From contig CM022670.1 of NCBI GenBank assembly GCA_012295275.1, positions 5,642,001 to 5,706,000 of the forward strand: DNA of 64,000 nt. Reading direction: 5' to 3'. Position numbers and translations under genes: made by a program. This document shows positions 26,687-41,510 of this stretch, piece by piece. The notes beneath the pieces are model-generated. The model was not told the origin of the DNA and did not search any database. It saw nothing but the letters and a program-made list of their open reading frames with translations. Origin of the DNA: Chrysomallon squamiferum. Its lineage: Eukaryota > Animalia > Mollusca. Positions within the stretch are counted from its first letter, which is position 1; each line of letters begins with the position of its first letter.

Positions 26687-27914
26687 CCCACCCCCACACA
26701 CGTACACATATGCACCTGCACAAATGGCCTGCATGCAATGAACACTTACAAACACACAAACACATATGAGGATAGGTACATAATCTGCAACTCAGCTGGT
26801 TCTAGTTAAATGAAATATTTAACAATTATTACAGTAGGTACATTTTTTAAAACAGAATTCTTCAACAAAACTGAATAGTTGGTTTTCTGTTGCCTCCAGG
26901 TTTTTAACAATGAATCAATAATCCAGCATTAAATACCACTGTTATAGTTCATCCTACATCTACTAACATGTTGAAATGAGTTTTACACATTATTTTATTA
27001 CTACTGTAGTTGTTGTTTTATCACAGGCAGGGGTATGATGAAAATGAAATATACAGATCTAGGCTTCCAATAATATTTTTAAAATTAACTAGAGTATCAA
27101 CAATCATATTAATATTTGTATTATGTGAAACTGACTTTCTCTCCCCTGTTCTCACTTATCTCAAGGTCAGAATTCTTATAATTACACATATTTACATTCC
27201 ATCTATAATTACAATTATTATTGTTTTAAAATGGAAACAAGGTTATTATTAAATGGCGTAAAATGTTATTTGAACTGATTTTAAATATAATGGGAGAAAA
27301 CTAAGAACAGAAAATTAAATATCCTGTTGGCTTATCATGCAGTCTTTCAGTGTTTGCAGCAAGACAGAGTAAGTTTGATAATGAGCACTTCCAGTTATTT
27401 CCCACATGACTTTGCGATTGTTAAAACACTACAGTTCTTTACATAAGTTACAACAAAGAGAGTCCATAATGCACACACAAAGGTGCTGATTGATTAGTCA
27501 GGGAAATGTTTGAAGTTGAGGGCACAAAACATCTTAAGAATCCAGGCTGCTGTATTATATTTCTTAATAAATATCACATTATATAAATTAAATTATTTAA
27601 AACATAAAAACAAACCCTTCAATTCTGTACATTACAGGAAAATTTAATCCATGGTGAATACAGTGTGCATGACTAACTTTTAAATATAGATGTTATTATT
27701 TGTTTTTTACTGTAATTTTAACACTAATTTAGTTCAGTACATTTCAGAGAGAAATAGGCTGAATGTGCTCACATGAATGATGTAAAATCTCAAATGACAA
27801 TAAATTTAGTATCCCATGAAAAAAGAGTCAAAACTGAAAGCTGTTCCCAGGAGGCTGTATTATGAAAAATGAAATCTGCTGATGTGAGTCGCTTGGTGAG
27901 TTATTACATCATGG

Positions 27915-28330
27915 GTTCAGTTATGTTTCAATTATTAACTGTTATCATTTATGTTGTATTTAACTAATTTGTTATCTGTTATATGTGAGCTCAGTTATTA
28001 ACTGTTACTATTTATGTTGTATTTAACTAATTTGTTACAAGTTTTTTGTGAGTTCAGTTATTAACTGTTATCATTTATGTTGTATTTAACTCATTTGTTA
28101 TCAGTTATATGTGAGTTCAATTATTAACTTACCATTTATGTTGTACTTAACTAATTTGTTATAAATTTTCTGTGAGTTCAGTTATTAGCTATTATCATTT
28201 ATATTGTATTTAACTCATTTGTTGTCAGTTTTATGTGAATTGAGTTATTAACTGTTATTATTTATATTGTATTTAACTAACTGGTTATCAGTTTTATGTT
28301 TTAGTTACTGTTCTGAATTTAAAATACAAG
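27915..28330. repeat. ~63-bp tandem repeat
   Basis: Unit gttcagttattaactgttatcatttatgttgtatttaactaatttgttatcagttatatgtga. Confidence 0.85.
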
Positions 28331-29499
28331 TGTTATTTGTATTATGTTATATTTTTTATTTATAAGTGAGTTCTATTATTAACTCAATTTTATTTTTATT
28401 TTATTTTAAACTGTTTTCAGATATCTGTCAATTTACTTAATAACTTGTTCATTTATAATATGTGAGTTCATGTGTGAATTAATTTATTAATCTTAATTTA
28501 TTTACAGTAAATTATAAACTTTGGAATAATTTATATCTGTGTTCAGTTATTTATTATTTTTGTAAGTTATACATTTTAGTTATTATTAGAAAACTAATTC
28601 ACAATTTTTAGTTTTTTGTTGAACATTAGATATGGATAATTATGAGAAAAAACATCACACATATATACTACACATGCAGACAGACCCACATATACACACA
28701 TACAAACAAACCCCCAAAACATACACACACAGACATACACACACATGCACACCTAAAGATACACTCACATACATACAGACACACACACACACATATAAAG
28801 ATACAATCACATACATACAGACACAAACAGGGAAGCAGCATCCTTCTTAACCAAAATATTTACACAAGCGGAAATTCAAGAACAAACGAGTAATCTAGTG
28901 AAAGTCTTTAAAACATTGCTGTAAAACAAAAAGAAAAGAGTTTTAATTTATTCTCAAATTTAAGCAACAATAAAAAAAAATGTCAATCTGTTTTCATCAT
29001 AATCATTGCTATGTACCATGTTTATGTTCAAAAGCCCGTGTAGCCATGGTAACAGCAGCAATCTTTAAGAAAGTATAGATCTTGAAGACAAAGTAAATGT
29101 CAGTTACGTGTGTAGATAATTCTATGTTAGTCTTTGTTCTCTGCTATTAACTGATTAAACTTTAACTAATCTCTGTTTTAAAAATAACCCTTTAAAAACT
29201 GTGCATGTACTTGACCATTTCAACACCTTTCATTCTGTAGCAAAGTTGTCAACAACTTTATAAATTTATTTTCCGTTTTTCATTTATATTTTCTTTTATA
29301 GCACTCACTGACATGATTTTTATTATTTCATTTGGTGCAAAATCTTAAACCTTTCATTTCATTTTGTTTTTCATCAAAATCTTAAACATATTAAAAAGGC
29401 TTAAAAATTGTTCATTCGATTTTTCTTTTTGTAATAGCCTGAAACATGTTCAATTTAGTTGGAAATATCTGTTATTTTTCATTCCTGATGTTATTTTAA

Positions 29500-29860
29500 A
29501 TGTAATTGGTTCTGTGACAGAGACTTGCTGCTGATTTATTGTGTTTGACTAATTGTGTTGTAAACATGGTGTATGTAGATACATATAATTTTATTTTACA
29601 TGTAAATTTGTCAGGTAGATGGAAGGTTGATTTATTGTGTTTGACTAATTGTGTTGTAAACATGGTGTATGTAGATACATATAATTTTATTTTACATGTA
29701 AATTTGTCAGGTATATCAAAGTTGGTTCTGTGACAAAGACTTACTGCTGGTTTTTGTAATTTTGTTGTAAACATGGTGCATGTAGATACATATAATTTTA
29801 TTTTACACGTAAATTTGTCAGGTAGATGGAAGTTTGATTTATTGTGTTTGACTAATTGTG
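29500..29860. repeat. ~95-120-bp tandem duplications
   Basis: gtaaacatggtgtatgtagatacatataattttattttacatgtaaatttgtcagg occurs three times. Confidence 0.85.
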
Positions 29861-30644
29861 CTGCTGACCAGTGAGATAGACAACACTGATTACTTCACAC
29901 TGACTCTGTGTGCTCTCTCACTGGGCACACTGTAATTAATCAGACTGCCTGCTGATCACTTGTCATCTCTCACATCTATCAAATTATTACATTTAACATA
30001 TAACACAGAATTAGTTACTGTACAAACTGTCAGTGTAGAATGTTTGGATGGAAGGAGACATTATATTATAATTACAGAATTCAGACCAGTCTACTGTAGC
30101 AGCACTGTGGAGAATAATGTGTGCAGAGTAGTATGTAGTAAAATCCAGTAATAAAAACATGGAATTTTGTCTGGCTATCAATGTGTTGTTTCATTTGGCA
30201 CTGAATATAAATGTGAGTTATTTTCAAGAAGTGGTCAGTGAAGTATTATGTCTTGTTTACCAGTTTTTAAAAGCAGAGCAATAGTCAAAATGAAAAAGCA
30301 TTTTACATCTCTATCTCTCTTTCTCTCAGTTTGTGTGTGTGTGTGTGTGTGTGGAATATACATATATTATCTATATCCCTTAGAACTGTTAAAACCATTT
30401 TGGGTATGAGACATGATTATATTTAGTTGTGTTTTTTTTTTTGCTTTTTTTCTTTAAATTATTAGGTTACGTTATTGATTTATTATCAGTCTAGAAGTGT
30501 GTTATTATATTTGATTTACAAAGATTGTTGACGAGGCAGGTTCTGCAAGCAATTAGTCTTGTAGCTGAAATCTCACCCATCTGTTACAGTGTCAGTGTCA
30601 GTGTCATCTGTCAGTGACATGATTAACAGTGACACCAATTGGGC

Positions 30645-31340
30645 AATAGATAAAATTAATAAGAAGAATACTGATTGGTCATTCTCTAAAAGACAAAATT
30701 AATAAGAATACCATTGACTGGTCATTGTCTAATAGACAAAATTAATAAGAATACCATTGACTGGTCATTGTCTAATAGACAAAATTAATAAGAATACCAT
30801 TGACTGGTCATTGTCTATAGACAAAATTAATAAGGATACCATTGACTGGTCATTGTCTATTAGACAGGATTAATAAGAATACCACTGACTGGTCATTGTC
30901 TATTAGACAGAATTAATAAGAATACCACTGACTGGTCATTGTCTATTAGACAAAATTAATAAGAATACAATTGACTGGTCATTGTCTATTAGACAGAATT
31001 AATAAGAATACCACTGACTGGTCATTGTCTATTAGACAAAATTAATAAGAATACCATTGACTGGTCATTGTCTAATAGACAAAATTAATAAGAATACCAT
31101 TGACTGGTCATTGTCTATTAGACAGAATTAATAAGAATACCACTGACTGGTCATTGTCTATTAGACAAAATAAGAATACCATTGATTGGTCATTGTCTAT
31201 TAGACAAAGTTAAGCAAGAAGAATACCACTGACTGGTCATTGTCTATCAGACAAAGTTAAGTAAGAAGAATACTGATTAGTTGTTGTCAAATAAACAAAA
31301 TTAAAAAGAACAACATTGATTGATCAGTATCTAATAAACA
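30645..31340. repeat. 43-bp minisatellite with an internal palindrome
   Basis: Unit attaataagaataccattgactggtcattgtctaatagacaaa. Confidence 0.92.
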
Positions 31341-32324
31341 ATAAGGAGTGACAATAGACAATCCTTGTATTCAAACATAACAAGCTGTAGTTACATACTG
31401 AAATGTTTATTACTGACAGAGAGATTTTTTATGAGCTAAAAAGAGATTTATATGATATTTACACAGTTACATGTTTACAATGAGACACTTGTTTATACAG
31501 TCAGACATGTTTACTGTGAAATATCTCCACGTTGTTTACAAGCCATTGTAATTGCTGCTGTGCATATCACTCCTCTACTATAAAACATTGTTAGTGGCAG
31601 ACACCAATCAATGAAGAGATAGAGCTAGGCGTGGTCTCCCCATATTGACTGCTTCATCATACTCCAAATTTGTTACAAACAAGTTTATCTTTCTGCTCTT
31701 GTAAGTATATTTTACTTTTGTAAAATGGTTTGTGACAGATAAATACTCTGTGTTTAATTCTTAAATTTAAATAGTAAAGACTGTCAGGCGAAAACATTTA
31801 TAAATTGTATAATGTGATTTGTGTATTATTTGCATGCTGTCTTTTAATGTTTTCTTAAATGTGCCTATTTATACTGACTGAAATATGAATTCGTTTTCAT
31901 TCTTAGAAAAATTTACCTTTTATCCAAACTTGGTAAAATACTCATAGAATAAATGCTTTAATCAAATTTTTGGAATCAGATAAAAATTGATATATTAATA
32001 TTTATTTAGATTGTTACAGTATTTAAAATGATTTTTTTTTGTTGTAGTTTTCACATTTGATTTTAAGATTATGTTACTGTCTCTATTCATCTGAACAGTG
32101 CCATTTTAGTTTCATGCTCTTGTTTATTATAACAAGCACACACACTCCTAAACAAACAAACAAACAACAGCTAAGGTTGCTTGATTAACTGCTGTCTCAT
32201 GTACAGATTGGTGAATAACAAATTTGTTTTATGTCGCTCAGTGTTTTTCTCTACATGCATTTAATCAACTCAGACATGATACTTCACTTGTGTACTTTAT
32301 TTCCCATTCTAACCAATGTGTGTT

Positions 32325-32820
32325 TGTGAAATATATTAGTGAAACATTGTGGTATGTGTCTGATATGTGTGCATATAAAATATATTAGTGAAACATTGTG
32401 GTATGTGTTTGGTATGTGTGCATACAAAATATATTAGTGAAACATTGTGGTATGTGTCTGATGTGTGTATAAAAAATACATTAGTGAAACATTGTGGTAT
32501 GTGTCTGATGTGTGTCTATACAAAATACATCAGTGAAATATTGTGGTATGTGTCTGATATGTGTGCATGCAAAATATACTGGTGAAACACTGTGGTATGT
32601 GTTTGATGTGTGTCTATACAAAACATATTAGTGAAACATTGTGGTATATGTGTGATGTGTGTCTATACAAAACATATTAGTGAAACATAGTGGTATATGT
32701 GTGATCTGTGTGCATATAAAATATATTAGTCAAACTTGGTATGTGTGTGCATATAGAATATATTAGTGGAACATGGTGCTGTGTGTCTCATATGTGAATA
32801 CATAAATATGTTAGTGATAA
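32325..32820. repeat. 49-bp minisatellite
   Basis: Unit gaaacattgtggtatgtgtctgatatgtgtgcatataaaatatattagt. Confidence 0.9.
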
Positions 32821-33359
32821 GAATATATGGCAGTGGTTTTATACTGGTACACGTCTTATCGTATTAGAATATCAAGAAATATGATTAATTTGTTCAGTTA
32901 TCAGTACTACACTATTCACATGTGTGAGACATTTTTTTTGTTTCATTTTTTTTTTTTTTTTCATTTGAAATGTATTTTCTAAAATTATTAGCTTTTTTTC
33001 AGTCAGTATAATTAGGTTGTTTAATACTGCCTTGGTTATGCCACAGTAACCATGTAACCACTAACAGATAGCATGTAACAGTATTAAGTGTTTTCAGACC
33101 TGCCAGTGTGGTCTAATTTCAGAAAGTTCTTTTTGATTGTATTATCAGTTACATATAAAATATTACTCTCACAGCAGCCTGTGTTACCTTCCACAGAATG
33201 AACTAACAAAAGTACAATAACAAGCTAATAAACAGAAATAAACAATCCATATATAACAAGTGCAGTAAAGATAAAGCTTGCAAGAAACAATGTGTATTGA
33301 TAAAACATACATTTGAAAAAAAAAAAACCTAGGTAATAAACACTGTATGTGTAAACAAG

Positions 33360-34682
33360 TAGATAATCATAAAAACAGTGATGTACAGTAAACATGTAAT
33401 TAACAAAAACAGAGATTCAATAAACACAACTAATAAAAACAGTGACATAGAGTAAATATGTAACTAATAAAAACAGATTCACAGTAAATGTAACTAATAA
33501 AAACAGTGATATAGAGTAAATATGTAACTAATAAAAACAGATTCACAGTAAATGTAACTAATAAAAACAGTGATACAGATTAAATATGTAACTAATAAAA
33601 ACAGATACACAGTAAACATGTAACTAATAAAAACAATGATGTAAACATGTAACTAATAAAAACAGATATACAGATTAAATATGTAACTAATAAAAAAACA
33701 GAGATTCAATAAACACAACTAAAAACATGTAACTAATAAAAAACAGATTCATAAACACAACTAAAAAATGTAACTAATAAAAAAACAGATATACAATAAA
33801 CATGTAACTAATAAAAACATATACAGTAAACATGTAACTAATAAAAACAATGATGTAAACATGTAACTAATAAAAAGATATACAGATTAAATATGTAACT
33901 AATAAAAACAGATACACAGTAAACATGTAACTAATAAAAACAATGATGTAAACATGTAACTAATAAAAACATATACAGTAACATGTAACTAATAAAAACA
34001 GTGATGTACTGTAAGTATGTAACTAATTAAAAATGATATACAGTAACATGTAACTAATAAAAACAGTGATATACTGTAAACATGTAACTAATAAAAACAG
34101 ATATACAGTAAACATGTAACTAATAAAAACATATACAGTAAACATGTAACTAATAAAAACAATGATGTAAACATGTAACTAATAAAAAGATATACAGATT
34201 AAATATGTAACTAATAAAAACAGATACACAGTAAACATGTAACTAATAAAAACAATGATGTAAACATGTAACTAATAAAAACATATACAGTAACATGTAA
34301 CTAATAAAAACAGTGATGTACTGTAAGTATGTAACTAATTAAAAATGATATACAGTAACATGTAACTAATAAAAACAGTGATATACTGTAAACATGTAAC
34401 TAATAAAAACAGATATACAGTAAACATGTAACTAATAAAAACGATGTAAACATGTAACTAATAAAAACAGATATACAGTAAACATGTAACTAATTAAAAA
34501 TGATATACAGTATCATGTAACTAATAAAAACAGTGATATACTGTAAACATGTAACTAATTAAAAGTGATATACAGTAACATGTAAGTAATAAAAATAGTG
34601 ATGTACAGTAAACATGTAACTAATTAAAAATGATATACAGTAACATGTAACTAATACAAATAGTGATGTACAGTAAACATGT
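33360..34682. repeat. ~30-34-bp minisatellite (A-rich strand)
   Basis: Unit aaacatgtaactaataaaaacagatatacagt. Confidence 0.92.
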
Positions 34683-35880
34683 CTCTGCTGTGTTATGTTT
34701 TTATACATCACATGTCTGTGCTGTGTTATGTTTTTATACATCACATGTCTGCTGTGTTTTTTCATGCATCACATGTCTGCTGTGTTATGTTGTTATACAT
34801 CACATGTCTGCTGTGTTATGTTTTTTATACATCACATGTCTGCTGTGTTATGTTTTTATACATCACATGTCTGCTGTGATATGTTATACATCACATGTTT
34901 CTGCTGTGATATGTTTTTATACATCACATGTCTGTGCTGTGTTATGTTGTTATACATCACATGTCTGTGCTGTGTTATGTTTTCATACATCACATGTCTG
35001 TGCTGTGTTATGTTATACATCACATGTCTGCTGTGTTATGTTTTTATACATCACATGTCTGCTGTGTTATGTTTTTATACATCATGTCTCTGCTGTGTTA
35101 TGTTTTCATACATCACATGTCTGCTGTGTTATTTTTTATACATCACATGTCTGCTGTGTTATGTTTTTATTTTGTGTTGTTTTTATACATCACATGTCTG
35201 CTGTGTTATGTTTTTATACATGTTGTGCTGTTTTCATACATGTTTTTATACATCACATGTCTGTGCTGTGTTATGTTTTCATACATCACATGTCTGCTGT
35301 GTTATGTTTTTATACATCACATCACATGTCTTTATACATCACATGTCTGTGTTATTTTTATACATCACATGTCTGCTGTGTTATGTTTTCATACATCACA
35401 TGTCTGCTGTGTTATGTTTTCATACATCACATGTCTGCTGTGTTATGTTTTTATACATCACATGTCTGTTGTGTTATGTTTTCATACATCACATGTCTGC
35501 TGTGTTATGTTTTCATACATCACATGTCTCTGCTGTGTTATGTTTTCATACATCACATGTCTGCTGTGTTATGTTTTCATACATCACATGTCTGTTGTGT
35601 TATGTTTTCATACATCACATGTCTGTTGTGTTATGTTTTCATACATCACATGTCTGTGCTGTGTTATGTTTTCATCACATCACATTATCTCATACATCAC
35701 ATGTCTGCTGTGTTATGTTTTTATACATCACATGTCTGTTGTGTTATGTTTTCATACATCACACGTCTGTGCTGTGTTATGTTTTTATATATCACATGTC
35801 TGCTGTGTTATGTTTTTATACATCACATGTCTGTGCTGTGTTATGTTTTTATACATCACGTCTCTGCTGTGTTATGTCAG
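34677..35880. repeat. ~31-33-bp minisatellite (T-rich strand)
   Basis: Unit atacatcacatgtctgctgtgttatgttttt. It is the source of the spurious 322-436 aa ORFs. Confidence 0.92.
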
Positions 35881-36339
35881 CTCTTGGTCTCTGTGATGTG
35901 TTGCATGTCTGCTGCACTTCACAGTGTTCTCGTTATGACAGTGATAAAATATTTTAACTATATCTGTTTGTGATGTGTTCTGGACAGAAAAGTGGAAAGG
36001 AAATTACTATTTGATTTCCTTTTACTGCTTTCACTGCCCTTTTCATTGCAGTGTGAAGCAGGAGACCAGAGTGTGTGCACAACCTAATAGAAAAGCTGAT
36101 ATTTGCTGCCGATCAGCTCAACCAAATTAAACCATTTTGCTGTCTTTCACTGCAGGAAGTGGGGGAAGAAGCTGATAGTTACCAGATTAAGACAGGAAAA
36201 ATTAAACAGTTGTGTGTGCTCACTGATATCAGAATGGCTTTGTGTAGCTGGCTGAACAAGAACTTTCCAAGATATACAAAATCAAGGTATGTTTTCATCT
36301 GTTGTTGTTTTTATATATGGTAATACACATGATTGTATA

Positions 36340-37030
36340 TATTCTTACTTATCAGTTATTGCATTCTACATAGTCTGTATCCTACTATTTATCTGTGTTT
36401 TGTTACATACTATATATTCTGTATGTTCTTACTTATCTGTGTGTGTTATTACATACTACATATTCTGCATGTTACTATTTATTCTGTGTTATTACATACT
36501 ACATATACTGTATGTTATTACATACTACATATATTGTGTGTTATTACTTATCTGTGTGTTATTACATACTACATATTCTGTATATTATTACTTATCTGTG
36601 TTTTATTACATACTATATATTCTGTATGTTCTTACTTATCTGTGTGTGTTATTACATACTACATATTCTGCATGTTACTATTTATTCTGTGTTATTACAT
36701 ACTACATATACTGTATGTTATTACATACTACATATATTGTGTGTTATTACTTATCTGTGTTTTATTACATACTACATATTCTGTATGTTATTACTTATCT
36801 GTGTTATTATATACTACATATTCTGTATGTTATTTCTTATGTGTGTGTTATTATGTACTACATATATTGCATGTTATTACTTATCATGTGTTATTATATT
36901 CTTTATGTTATTACTTATCTGTATTTTATTTCATAGTACATATACTGTAGGTTATTATTTACCTGTGTGTTATTAGATACTACATATTCTGAATGTTATT
37001 ACTTATCTGTGTGTTACATATCAGTATATG
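36340..37030. repeat. Minisatellite with higher-order duplication
   Basis: Units like ttattacatactacatattctgtatgttattacttatctgtgt. The block at about 36400-36600 is repeated at about 36600-36800. Confidence 0.85.
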
Positions 37031-38089
37031 TATTTTATATTGTGTTCTTATATATGTTAAATAACTTATTCAGTGTTCTTAAATATTATAATGAGATTAC
37101 CAGTATTTTGCCAGCTTACATATTACATATTTTCAAATTACATGACAACCATCTATGATCTGGCATTACAGGGACTTGGAGGATGCTGGATTTTACCCAG
37201 TAACAGAATGCTAGGTTGAAATACACTTAATTCAACATCTCATCCTACCAATAAATACGGATACAGTGTTTTTTTTTTTTCAACCTTATCTTTCCAGGAT
37301 AATCTTTGGTGGTTGTGTTTTACATTTACTTCATTCATTGAAACCATGGTTAGGGTTAAAAGAGCAATACAAACTGGAATGGCTTGCCTGTGCTTGCAAG
37401 TGATGCCACAGTAATGGTGCTGCAAGAAGTACTATTAAAGATGGCTTCACATTTGCTGGATTAGTGAAGGAACTGGATTAGTGATTGTCAGATTACTGAT
37501 TGTCCACCTGTATTTTGTTTTGGCATATTACATATTCAGATTACAAGTCTTGTGGGTTTTGTACATGTTATATATTTTGCAGTTTAAAAGTATTTTGTTT
37601 TCTCATGTTTTGCTTATTAAATTTACAGTTTTTGTTTGTTCTTATATCTTACACATACTGAGAAAACAAGTATTCTGTGTTCTTCCATGTTACATATTCA
37701 GTTTGAAGTTTTTATATCTTCTTACTTGTAACATATATTCATACTATAAGTCTTGTGTGTTCTTACATGTAACACATATTCAGATTATAAGTCTTGTTTG
37801 TTCTTACATGTTACACATATTCAGATTACAGGTATTGTTTTCTTACATATTTATATTCTGGTTACACATGTGTACATACACAAACACATGCATTTCATAC
37901 ATTTATAGCTATAGCATTCATTTTACACAGTAGTTGTAGCATTTATTGAGAGATAATATCTAAGTAATTTAATATGGGGAATAATGAATTTGCTGTGATA
38001 TCACATGGTAACTCACCATCACAGTTTATCTCTCATTTTAACATCATGTTTTTCTCATGTTAAATTTTTCTTTTATGTTTTCATGATAA

Positions 38090-39050
38090 AGCTTTTATGA
38101 TAGTTTATAAAGATGAAAACCATGTTCAACATAATCAGAAATTAGATAACATTTCGTAACAAATTTAATATTAAAAAATCACTTTTCATTCAAACAGATA
38201 TTATTCAAGTGTATACAAATAAGCCAGGGATGTTATTAATTTTGAAAAAGCATTTATTTCAATTTTGTGTAATTTTGTGATGAAAGTTTTAGCTTATTTT
38301 GTTAGGTGCTTCAATAAGTGATGGATATCAACTTTTTATAATAAATGTGCATCATGCTCATACCTGAATGATAAAAATCACTGAATGCTTCAAACTTGGC
38401 AGAGGATGTAGGATCTATTATCTCCCTATATTCCCTTCTTCAATTTATTAATTAAATTTTTTTTTGTTCATTTTTTTTTTTTTTTTTGTGTGTGTGTGTG
38501 TGTGTGATTGAAATTCTTGGAGTCATGATAAGAAATAACAATGACGTAAAAAGCAATGAATTTAAAATTTCACAGATTGCTGATGACAGAACATTACTAT
38601 GAGATTGATGTGATAAATCTCTTGCAGCATTTAAGGAACCATTATAATATGTTACCAATATATCTGCGTTTACAGATAAATGTAACATAGAAAGACTGTA
38701 ATGATCACAGAACTAATGTATCCAAGACAAGTTGAAATAAACCATGGAATTTACACCACTTGGTGTGTTTTTCTACTCTCTCGGTCAATTACAAGAACTG
38801 AACTATAATGCAAAGTTTGAATAAAGTTTCAACATTTTAACAGTGGTGAAACTGTTTTTGGTCACCATAGAAAAAAAAATAATACAGTAAACTGATAAGT
38901 TTATTGAAACTGTTTTTCAAATATCTTAACTTCCAAATCCAACAGATTCTTTCTTTGAAAAAAATAAGAAGCATATTTCTTTCAGTTCATTTGGAATAAA
39001 AAATCCAGTAAAATGGCTTGAAAACATTATTTCAGGATTATCAAAATTGT
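38090..39050 (+). mobile_element. Decayed L1/Tx1-like non-LTR retrotransposon reverse transcriptase fragment
   Basis: Broken-frame motifs in the expected order: KPGMLL..NFEKAF, FKLGRGCR..LSPY, IEILGVMIRNN...EFKISQIADDRTLL (YADD box), NIEKT, TLGVFF, FIWNK. There are multiple stops and a (T)n(GT)n insertion at about 38455-38505. Boundaries are approximate. Confidence 0.75.
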
Positions 39051-39139
39051 AATCACACACACACACATGCCCAAACACACATACACACACATATACACAC
39101 TAAAACTATTCATACAACACTGTGATTTACCTTGTGACA

Positions 39140-39310
39140 GTTGTGATACATTAGTGATTGAATTTGTAACATTTAGTTGTGATACATTAGTGATTCAACT
39201 CTTAACATTTAGTTGTAATACATTAGTGATTCAACTTGTAACATTTAGTTGTGATACATTAGTGATTCAACTCGTAACATTTAGTTGTGATACATTAGTG
39301 ATTCAACTGA
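39140..39310. repeat. 36-bp tandem repeat
   Basis: Unit ttgtgatacattagtgattcaacttgtaacatttag. Confidence 0.9.
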
Positions 39311-40529
39311 TGACTGAGTTGTGCTATATTCACATGATATGCTATTTATTAGTATATTGCTTTGTTATAATGAAGTGTTGTGTATTGCTTTGTTATAATG
39401 CAGTGTTGTGTATTATTGTGTTCAGTGAAGTGTTGTATAGTGCTATGTTATAACGAAGTGTTGTGTATTGCTATGATAAATCTCATGTACTGATATTGAT
39501 CTCAAGCTGATAGACTGGACTTCAATTTGTTATCAATTTCTTACACTAACAGTCGTCAAGAAATCATTATTTGATGTGTTTCGGGATGTTTCCGCTGGTT
39601 TTCATGGCAACAGAATGCTTTAAGAATGTGTGAATGCATTAAAATGTCAACTTGACAGTGCATTTTAATCATGTGACCTGGACAGGAAACTGGCACTGAG
39701 AAATGTGACAGTTTTTACTAAAATATTAATTATTTAAAACAAATCTGTTTCATCAATACCAGTATTACCTTTCCCCACACACTCTGCTGATGTCAGACAC
39801 AAATAACAAGCTGTGTGGTCAGGTTACTTCAGTTGTCTCAGATTTCAGCAAATGTATAAATGTTTCACTTCAGTGTTGATGTCCAGTATGCTTACAGTTA
39901 ATTATTTTTGGATATTAACTAATGTAATGAAATACTTATATGCTGCAGATAATTTATCTTTCACTAAAAAAACTATTTTTTCTAACTGGTTGACATGGTT
40001 TATTAACCCAGAAAAATATTTTAAAAAGAAAAAGAAGTTTTTGAGTAAAGAATGTTTTAAATTCTTACATCTCAACATATAATTATGCAACTGCATTTAA
40101 CAAAAGTTAGGTTAATTGTTAAGCATATTTTTACCAACAGTTTGTTTCTGCAATTTGTTGCTGATGGTATAAATCAAAGTTGTTTGAAAATAGTTTTTGA
40201 TGCAGCCTCAGTAAATGTTTATCACATCAGGTAGCATCTGAATCTATGTTTATTTTGTTGCTTTTAAGGAAAACTTGGTTTTATGCTGCTCTGTGAACTT
40301 TGAGTTGTTCTGACTTTGTGAAGAGTAATCCTATTGATTCTGCTTACGGCACTATAATTAAACAGAATACATACTATTGATTTTTTTTTTTTATCATCCC
40401 AAGACATACACACACACAGTCCATTTTGTAATTTCAATCTCTACCTTTATGAGTTAGATTTTCTCACTTTTGGAAATCTTTTGAGCTGATGATAAGAAGT
40501 GAACTTGTTAGACAACTCTGTCCATTGTC

Positions 40530-41510
40530 ACATGTTGAGATTTGTACAAGTCACTCATAGATTATGTATCATGTTGAGAATGGTACAAGTCATAGACTAC
40601 ATATCATGATGAGAATTGCACAAGTCAGTCATAGACTATGTATCATGTTGAGATTTGTACAAGTCACTCATAGATTATGTATCATGTTGAGAACTGTACA
40701 AGTCACTCATAGAGTATCATGTTGAGAATTGTACAAGTCACTCATAGACTATCATTTTGAGAATTGTACAAGTCAGTCATAGATTATCATGTTGAGAATC
40801 ATTCAAGTCACTCATAGACTATCATGTTGAGAATTGTACAAGTCACTCATAGGCTAGGTATCATATTGAGAATTGTACAAGTCACTCATGGACCATGTAT
40901 CATATTGAGAATTGTACAAGTCACTCATAGACCATGTATCGTGTTGAGAACTGTACAAATCAATCATAGACTATCATGTTGGGAATTGTACAAGTCACTC
41001 ATAGACCATGTATCATGTTGAGAATTGTACAAGTCACTCATAGACTATCATGTTGAGAATTGTACAAGTCACTCATAGACCATGTATCATGTTGAGAATT
41101 GTACAAGTCACTCATGGACCATGTATCATGTTGAGAATTGTACAAGTCACTCATAGGCTAGGTATCATATTGAGAACTGTACAAGTCACTCATGGACCAT
41201 GTATCATGTTGAGAATTGTACAAGTCACTCATAGACCATGTATCATGTTGAGAATTGTACAAGTCACTCATGGACCATGATTCATGTTGAGAATTGTACA
41301 AGTCACTCATGGACCATGTATCATGTTGAGAATTGTACAAGTCACTCATGGACCATGTATCATGTTGAGAATTGTACAAGTCACTCATAGGCTAGGTATC
41401 ATATTGAGAACTGTACAAGTCACTCATGGACCATGTATCATATTGAGAACTGTACAAGTCACTCATGGACCATGTATCATGTTGAGATTTGTACAATTCA
41501 ATCATTGACT
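40530..41510. repeat. 35/39-bp minisatellite
   Basis: Unit tatcatgttgagaattgtacaagtcactcatagaccatg. Confidence 0.93.

Noticed and set aside
30645-31340. CRISPR-like array with palindromic repeat (also considered for 14522-15160 and 55010-59725)
   Set aside because: Units are head-to-tail with no unique spacers, there are no cas genes, and the context is eukaryotic.
34663-35973. Long Cys/His-rich ORFs (436, 420 and 322 aa)
   Set aside because: They are translations of a stop-poor minisatellite open in all three frames, with no domain or splice support.
36289-36976. Three overlapping ~200-aa Tyr/Leu/Cys-rich ORFs
   Set aside because: Tandem-repeat artefact.
37150-37500. GC-richer island resembling a coding or TE fragment
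   Set aside because: No sustained frame or recognisable motif.
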